Assembly (NCBI GenBank): GCA_010909165.1
Contig: MU008174.1
Coordinates: 124,001 to 188,000, forward strand
Length of the DNA: 64,000 nt
Direction: 5' to 3'
DNA from: Anthoceros angustus
Lineage: Eukaryota > Plantae > Anthocerotophyta
A program made the position numbers and the translations under genes. Positions 57,771 to 64,000 of this stretch are shown piece after piece (position 1 is the first letter of the stretch; each line of letters opens with the position of its first letter). The notes below the pieces were generated by a model. The model did not search any database. It was not told where the DNA came from and worked only from the letters and a program-made list of their open reading frames with translations.

Positions 57771-58822
57771 ACAAAGTTTGAAGTATTACAGACATCATCC
57801 GCGCATTGGAACGATGGGCATCCGGCCTGATAGGTTTGACATCGTGTTCTCCTATCCACTATCATGCACTTGTGGGTCCTTTGTATACTAGTAGCGTCTA
57901 TGCATCTAGCTAGGGGTTCAAAACGAATTTGGTAGTTTATATGTTTATATAGTTTGTTTTTATGCGTAACATTACTTATTATATTTTTATTATAATCCCA
58001 ATATTTCAACCAGAATTGATAACCTCAACAAACCCCCACTTGCCGTTTCGAGGTTCAACTAGAATGGATAGATCGACCGGTTGAAAGGTTGGTCACAAAA
58101 AAGCAGGTTGGAGGAGGCATGGAGACTGGAGGCTGGGCCGCCTTGGCCGCTGGCGCGCTAGGCATGTGAATGGAGCAGGTTTTAGCGAGAGACGGTTAAT
58201 ATGTACGTCGTGCACGTGTGCAGGCAGCATCTGCTGGAGGTGTGACGACAAATTCAAGCGCCAGGGCCTTCGGCTTGCGGACCGCAAGTGCACCAGGGCC
58301 GCAACGGAACCACAGCTCAGGTCCACCCGAGCCCGTCGCATTCACACCTCCAGAATCTCACACCTCGTCGTGTTTCGCCACGTGGACACTGAGCCGGAAA
58401 CTTGCCCTTTCGCTTGACTTGCCGGTTTTGCCTTGCCCGGCCGAGCGACCGAGCGATCACGGCCAGCGACGTGCTCGCCTGCGACTTCCTCCAGCCACTT
58501 GCACAATCTTTGTCTGCAAGGAGCATGTCTGGCCTTGATGCTGGCCGGAGGCGGGTAGGTGACGGATTCGCCTCTGTCTGTGCGTGAGATTTGAGCTTCC
58601 GCTGGAAGGAATCGAGCTGGTGAAGCCTCGCTTCTGTTGCATCACTGCACGCCGGGTCGGATTGAATGCAGCAGCGGCAGGACACGGTTTATGTCAGGCG
58701 GTGTCATGGTGTGGTCTAGGCGCCGGGAGGAATGCTCGGTTCTCTGCTCCACTGTGCCGGACCTCGCCAGGAGCAAGCTGAAAGGCTAGAGCGTTTGAAG
58801 AGGAAGTTTCATCCTCTGAAGA

Positions 58823-61800
58823 ATGCAGGACTCCATGTGCGGGAGCTTGGCCCCTGTGAAGAAGCTCCCGGGAGTGGTGCGCTGCAGCAGCGGCTCATTT
58901 GAAGATGTGCAGGACGCTCTGGCCCCTAAGGCGGCTTGGAACGGGAGCAGCAGCGGGTCGGACCTGGCGGAATCGGACGTCATGCTGTTGGACGACGGGT
59001 TGGAGAGCTCCAGTCTGTCGCGCTGGATCGACGAGTTGATACATGAGCCGGCAGGGGAGCCCGCGGGGGCGGGAACGGTATTGGAGACCGAGGGAGAGGA
59101 ATTTACATGCAGTCTTTCTGGATCGGAGGCGCCCGAGGCCTATGTGGATGCTGTTGCAGCGGATTTGATCAACGACATTTCTCCTGAGAAAGCATCTTCC
59201 TCGTCTGCGTTGGAGGCGCCGTTTGATAGAGGTGTGGCGCAGCAGCTTATACCTCGGTCCGGTGATCCGCCGCCTATTTTTGCGAGTGCGCACGCAGCTC
59301 TGTCCGACATTCTCAAGAGACTGACACCTCCGACTATGAAGGCCGGCGAATTCCCGAATGCGTTTCCCGGGAGCACGGAGTTCGATGCGCTTGACGTCGT
59401 CAAATCAGGGCTCGGACGCACAAGATCAGCCTCCAGTGCTCTCTTCTCCACACATGTGCAGGAGGACGAAGTGTCCGCTTCGTCGCGGAAGCAAATACGA
59501 ATAGGTGGCCAGCACAAGCAAGTGGAGTTCAATCTCAGCTCCTATTCTCCTGAAAGGAGCCTTACTCAGACCTGGCCAGTTCCTAAAGGCAGGATATCTG
59601 GTGCTGGTGCTGGTGCTGCGGCGTCGTCAAAACTAGCTGGCACCTCTTTTCTTGTTAGTGGAAGTAGGTCAGGCATCCTATCTCCTCAATCACCTCCACG
59701 CTCTCCGAAGCTCTTCTTTGCCCCGTCGGATCCCTTCATGAGTAGTGCAGTTCCCTTTGTGAGTAGTACACTTCTGGATTTGTCATCCTATGCGTCGTCC
59801 TCCATAGACTCCATGGCTGAAACCATTGCAGGACCTTTCTCCTCTTGTCCCTTCAATCAGCAATTTCAGTTCAGCTCTGGCGTTTTGGACGGCTCCGGAA
59901 TTAGGTCTAAAATCAAGTGGGGATCAGTCCCTTCAGGTGAGACTTTGAAGGATTTGCCTTGTGAATGTGATCTCTATGTGGCAATTGCAGGCCATTCAAG
60001 TCTAACGGACAACAACGCAGGTTTCAACTGCAATCCACCTCCTTTCAAGTCCTCGAACTTGAGTCATACCGATCTCCCTGACGACGGGGAAGCCACCATT
60101 TCGGAGCCATACGCATGTGAGGCTATCGGCTCCGCGGACCCCTTCCAACAATCAGGTCTTAGCAAGGTGAGGCTTCGAAAGACTTGCTGCGGTTGATCGT
60201 GGTAATGTGTTCATTTCACTTTGTTAACAGCTATAGCCGCTGTTTCTCTTTCAGGACAAAGCTGAACCACAGGCCCAGAACGGGCTGAGAATCATCCAGC
60301 TTCTGCTCGAATGTGCTGAAGCTGTTTCCAATTCTCAGACCTTACTGGCACAAGGGATTCTTTTACAGCTGAAAAAAATGGTCTCTCCCACGGGGGACTC
60401 GATGCAACGTGTTGCTGCCTGCTTCACTGAAGCTCTGAATTCTCGTCTGTCCAACACCGGATATCAGTCTTATGGGGCAATTCGTGCCTGTGACCGAGCT
60501 TCAAGCGAAGAGTTGCTAGCTGCTTACCAGATTCTGTATCAGGCCTGTCCCTACATCAAATTTGCTCACTTTACTTCTAATCAGGTGATATTCCATGCTG
60601 CTAACGTGAAGACTTCACCTTTTAATCCATGAGAATTGCTGTGATCAGACTGACCTCCCGGTACTGAACCACCGAGACTGTTGTACCATTGAAGGCAATA
60701 TTTGAGGCATTCGATGGGGAGACCAGAGTCCACATTCTGGACTTGGACATCCAACAAGGTTATCAATGGCCAGCTCTTATGCAAGCGCTGGCAGCAAGAC
60801 CAGAGGGGCCTCCAAGCTTGCGGATCACAGGTGTTGGAATTCCATTAGAGTCTGTACAAGAAACTGGTCAGTGGTGCTCGGCTAGGCCGATTGCTTTCCA
60901 CGTCCCAAGTCCTGTGAGACGAACCCCTCTCACCTTGAAGGACTTTCACTTGATTTACAGGAAAAAGGTTGTCAGAGCTCGCAGACTTCCTGCACATTCC
61001 CTTTGTTTTCCATGCTGTGGGCGAACGGTTGGAGGACGTTAAGGTGTGGCACTTGAACTGGCACCTGTTTCGTTTCTTTCCTGTGCACCATAGGCCCATA
61101 TGCAAAAGCTTAAAAGCAGATGGTGATCCCAGTTGTGTGGTGTTCATACTGGTTGGGGCAACTCTCAAGTAAACCATACTCCCTACTTCCAGGCATACAT
61201 GGTGCAATGCGGGAGCGGAGAAGCTTTGGCTGTGAATTCAGTGAATCGTCTACACAGACTTCTTGGCGACCAGCGCACGGTCAGTCCGCTGGTGGAAACG
61301 CTGCGCATGGTTTACGAACAGTCTCCAAAAGTTGTGACCTTGGCGGAACAAGAAGCAGCTCACAATGGGCAGGCTTTCTTGAGCCGGTTCTTGGAGGCAC
61401 TGCATTACTACTCCGCCATTTTTGACTCCTTAGATGCAACTCTTCCCAGGGTAAACATCAAAGATGCTTGCATTGATGAACTTCCTTTCAAGTCCGGCTC
61501 TCTTTCTCGCTCTAGCTGACATAATTTGCACTGTGTTGAAATTTCTCTGTTTGCCTTACCTTCCCACAGGCGAGCCCGGAGAGAGCAAAAGTGGAGCAGC
61601 TTATATTTGCTCGAGAGATCACAAATATCATTGCCTGTGAGGGAAATGAGCGCGTAGAGAGACATGAGAAGTTCGAGCGATGGGGAAGAATTATGGAAAG
61701 CGTTGGATTCAAGGGTACGTCCATGAGTGGCAAGGGCTTTGACCAATCAAGGGTTCTACTCGGGTTGTACCCCTGTGACGGATACACCTTGGTGCAAGAG

Positions 61801-61866
61801 AATGGCTGTCTGTTGTTGGGCTGGCAAGATCGGCCTGTTATTGGAGCATCTGCTTGGCATTGTTGA
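58823..61866 (+). CDS. RAM1: GRAS transcription factor, RAM1 subfamily. Exons 58823-60166, 60255-60584, 60695-60866, 60961-61043, 61193-61450, 61570-61866
   Basis: [97 protein letters not shown], and [13 protein letters not shown]...LLLGWQDR...ASAW, a combination recalled as RAM1-diagnostic. The GT-AG introns are phase-compatible. Confidence 0.85.
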
Positions 61867-62696
61867 TGCCGGCTATCTACCAACAGCGTCACGTGATCTT
61901 TTGTGAAGCACGGCACACTTCGTGAACGAATCCAGTTGCACTCTAGCTAAGTCTAACGTAAATGCCGTAAGACCACCAAGGATGCGCGTGATTCTGGGTG
62001 TGACTAATGTTCGGGACAACTTGAGTTTTCTACACTGCAATTCTGCCTGCTTTTCCGCATCTCATGCTGCCCTCCTCCAGGCTGCAAGATAGATAGAGTC
62101 GATTTATTAGAGATTCCTCTCATCCTGAAGGTCTCGCAGCAACACTGCATCCAAATGTGCTGGACGTACCAGAAACAAGGAGTGCAAAGGGGTCGGATGG
62201 TACATGCCCAAGTGTGCCACTCATGACGGGCTTAGGCAAATGTGGAGGTGGATTGAAAGAAGATTTGGACGACTGACCTCCACAGGTAAGGACTACAGTA
62301 TCTATTTCCACCAAGGACACGTGATGTCAGTTATCGTGACTCAAACCAGAAGCCAACCGGGAACAGTCAGCTCTGCGTAAGCAGATAGATATACTATGAC
62401 CGAAAGGGAGCTGCATTTGGAGTCAATTAATATATGGTTTTCACGGTAAAAAAACAATATGCGGTATCTACACACAGAATCGAAAGGTACATACTTTCAC
62501 TAAAAAGAAAGGTACATATGTACATAGTGGTCACTACGCATGTGCAGTAGCTGATCGTGCAAAGGCCAAGGAATCACGGCTGAAGTCGCGATTCCCTGGA
62601 AATCATGCACGTGAGGAGGTGTCAGACCACCAGCTACATATGTACCTGGCAACGCAATCCCTCTCACCAATCCTGAGCGGGAGCAGAAACTCTCTC

Positions 62697-62741
62697 AGTT
62701 CGGTTTTGATAGACCCAAGTTACAATGTCAAAACCGAACTA
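62697..62741. other. Short perfect inverted repeat (hairpin)
   Basis: agttcggttttga ... tcaaaaccgaact. Confidence 0.6.
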
Positions 62742-62956
62742 TAGGTTCCGGTTTTAACATTTTCAAGGAAGAAGCCGCAACGCTCTTCAATCGAGCTGCA
62801 GCTTGCGAGAGTCTTTAACCTGCAAGGCAATGTGAAGATATCACCCACATGTGACCGGAAACCTCACAAGCTCTGATTGCAAACACCCGTCCTTGGAGGG
62901 AGGGTTCTCCTGTCATACAAGTTGTTCCTTTCCACTAAGAAGCGGAACCACCGCCT

Positions 62957-63710
62957 AGAATAACACATCAAGTTAAGAATGGCACCTAGATGATGACGAT
63001 GACTATCTACACATAAGGGCTCAGAAGGAAGGCAGTATAGGTTCGTTCCTTCATGGAAAATTCAGCTGCATATGCAGAAACCTTCGTCATCACAGTCCAA
63101 TATAGTGGGCAACATCACAAATGCCTAAGGGGGACCTCAACTCACGGTAACACTTGTAGAACAAGACAAAAAACTGTATCTGCACGGAGTTCTCGTAACC
63201 TAGGTCGACTTACCTGTACTCTGCATGGATTGAAGCACCACCATCAAAACTTGCTGACTCTTGGCTCCGAAGAAGACAATATTAGTTCATCCCCTGGTTG
63301 AGAATAACACACCAACTTACGAATAGCACCTAGACGATGACGACGACTATCTACAGATAAGGACTCAGAAGGAAGGCAGTGTAGGTTCGTTCAGCCTTCA
63401 TGAGAAATTCAGCTGCATATGCAGGAACCGTCTTCATCACAGTCCAATACGGTGGCCACATGATACTGGATCACAAATGCCTGAGCGTCTCAAGGGGATG
63501 TCTCTAGAGGCTGATCAAACACAGAACCTCGGTTGCGTAAAAGAACTTGTAGGAACACAACCCGGACTCAGCACGAAGTTCAAGTACCCTCCAAGATGGG
63601 ATCAACTGGACCGCCAGCAGCGTCTTGGCTCAGAAGGAAGGCAGTATTAGTTCAAACGATCTTCATCAGAGGATCAGCTGCAGTTTGCAAGAACCTTCTT
63701 CATCATAGAC
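62957..63710. repeat. Dispersed direct repeats (~175 bp x2 plus partial third), probably TE-internal
   Basis: agaataacaca...ctcagaaggaaggcagt...cagctgca...catcacagtccaata at ~62957 and ~63301, partial at ~63627. Confidence 0.75.
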
Positions 63711-64000
63711 AAGGCTGGCTGCGAAAAAACACTCACGACCATCTACAACAAACAACGACCAAGGCCCACTTCTCCTGCTACAAAGCAACTGGAACGTAAC
63801 CCTAACAGCGGCAGTGGCAACTCAGTCAGTCAATGACGCAAAATTTGGGAGGCAGACCCGTGAGGCTTCAACCAAAACCCATTTCTCATAAAGAAACAAG
63901 ACCCCCAATGCATAGAAGCAAGACCCTTTCAGGCTTCAAGCCAGTACGTCGTATCTGTGTCATGATCATGTCCTTGTGACCTGAATACTCAGCGGATTGA

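Noticed and set aside
62890-62920. Purine tract followed by tgtcata as PPT plus 3' LTR start
   Set aside because: No upstream pol remnant or matching LTR visible in the window.

Overview
Eukaryotic plant nuclear DNA, most likely from a hornwort (Anthoceros-like) or another seed-free land plant. This is inferred from the short GT-AG introns, the DYW:KP/'DRH'-type PPR proteins and a RAM1-type GRAS gene. The left ~29 kb is mostly transposon debris: a CACTA 3' end, Sola-like DDD transposase remnants, an LTR with PBS, copia and gypsy fragments, and a TIR-bounded GC-rich element. It also holds an 8-exon CYP85-clan (CYP707A-like) P450 and a decayed NOT1 copy. The right part is gene-rich: an almost intronless NOT1, two convergent intronless PLS-PPR-E-DYW:KP genes, BRCA2, an intronless highly diverged double-AP2 gene, a DYW:KP pseudogene and an intron-containing RAM1-like GRAS gene with an inverted partial copy. 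The most interesting signal is in the two intact PPR-DYW:KP candidate U-to-C RNA-editing factors. Both carry, between the transit peptide and the PPR array, a ~52-aa 'PDF' motif otherwise characteristic of plant organellar ssDNA-binding OSB proteins. All calls come from reading the sequence and ORFs by eye; no searches were run.
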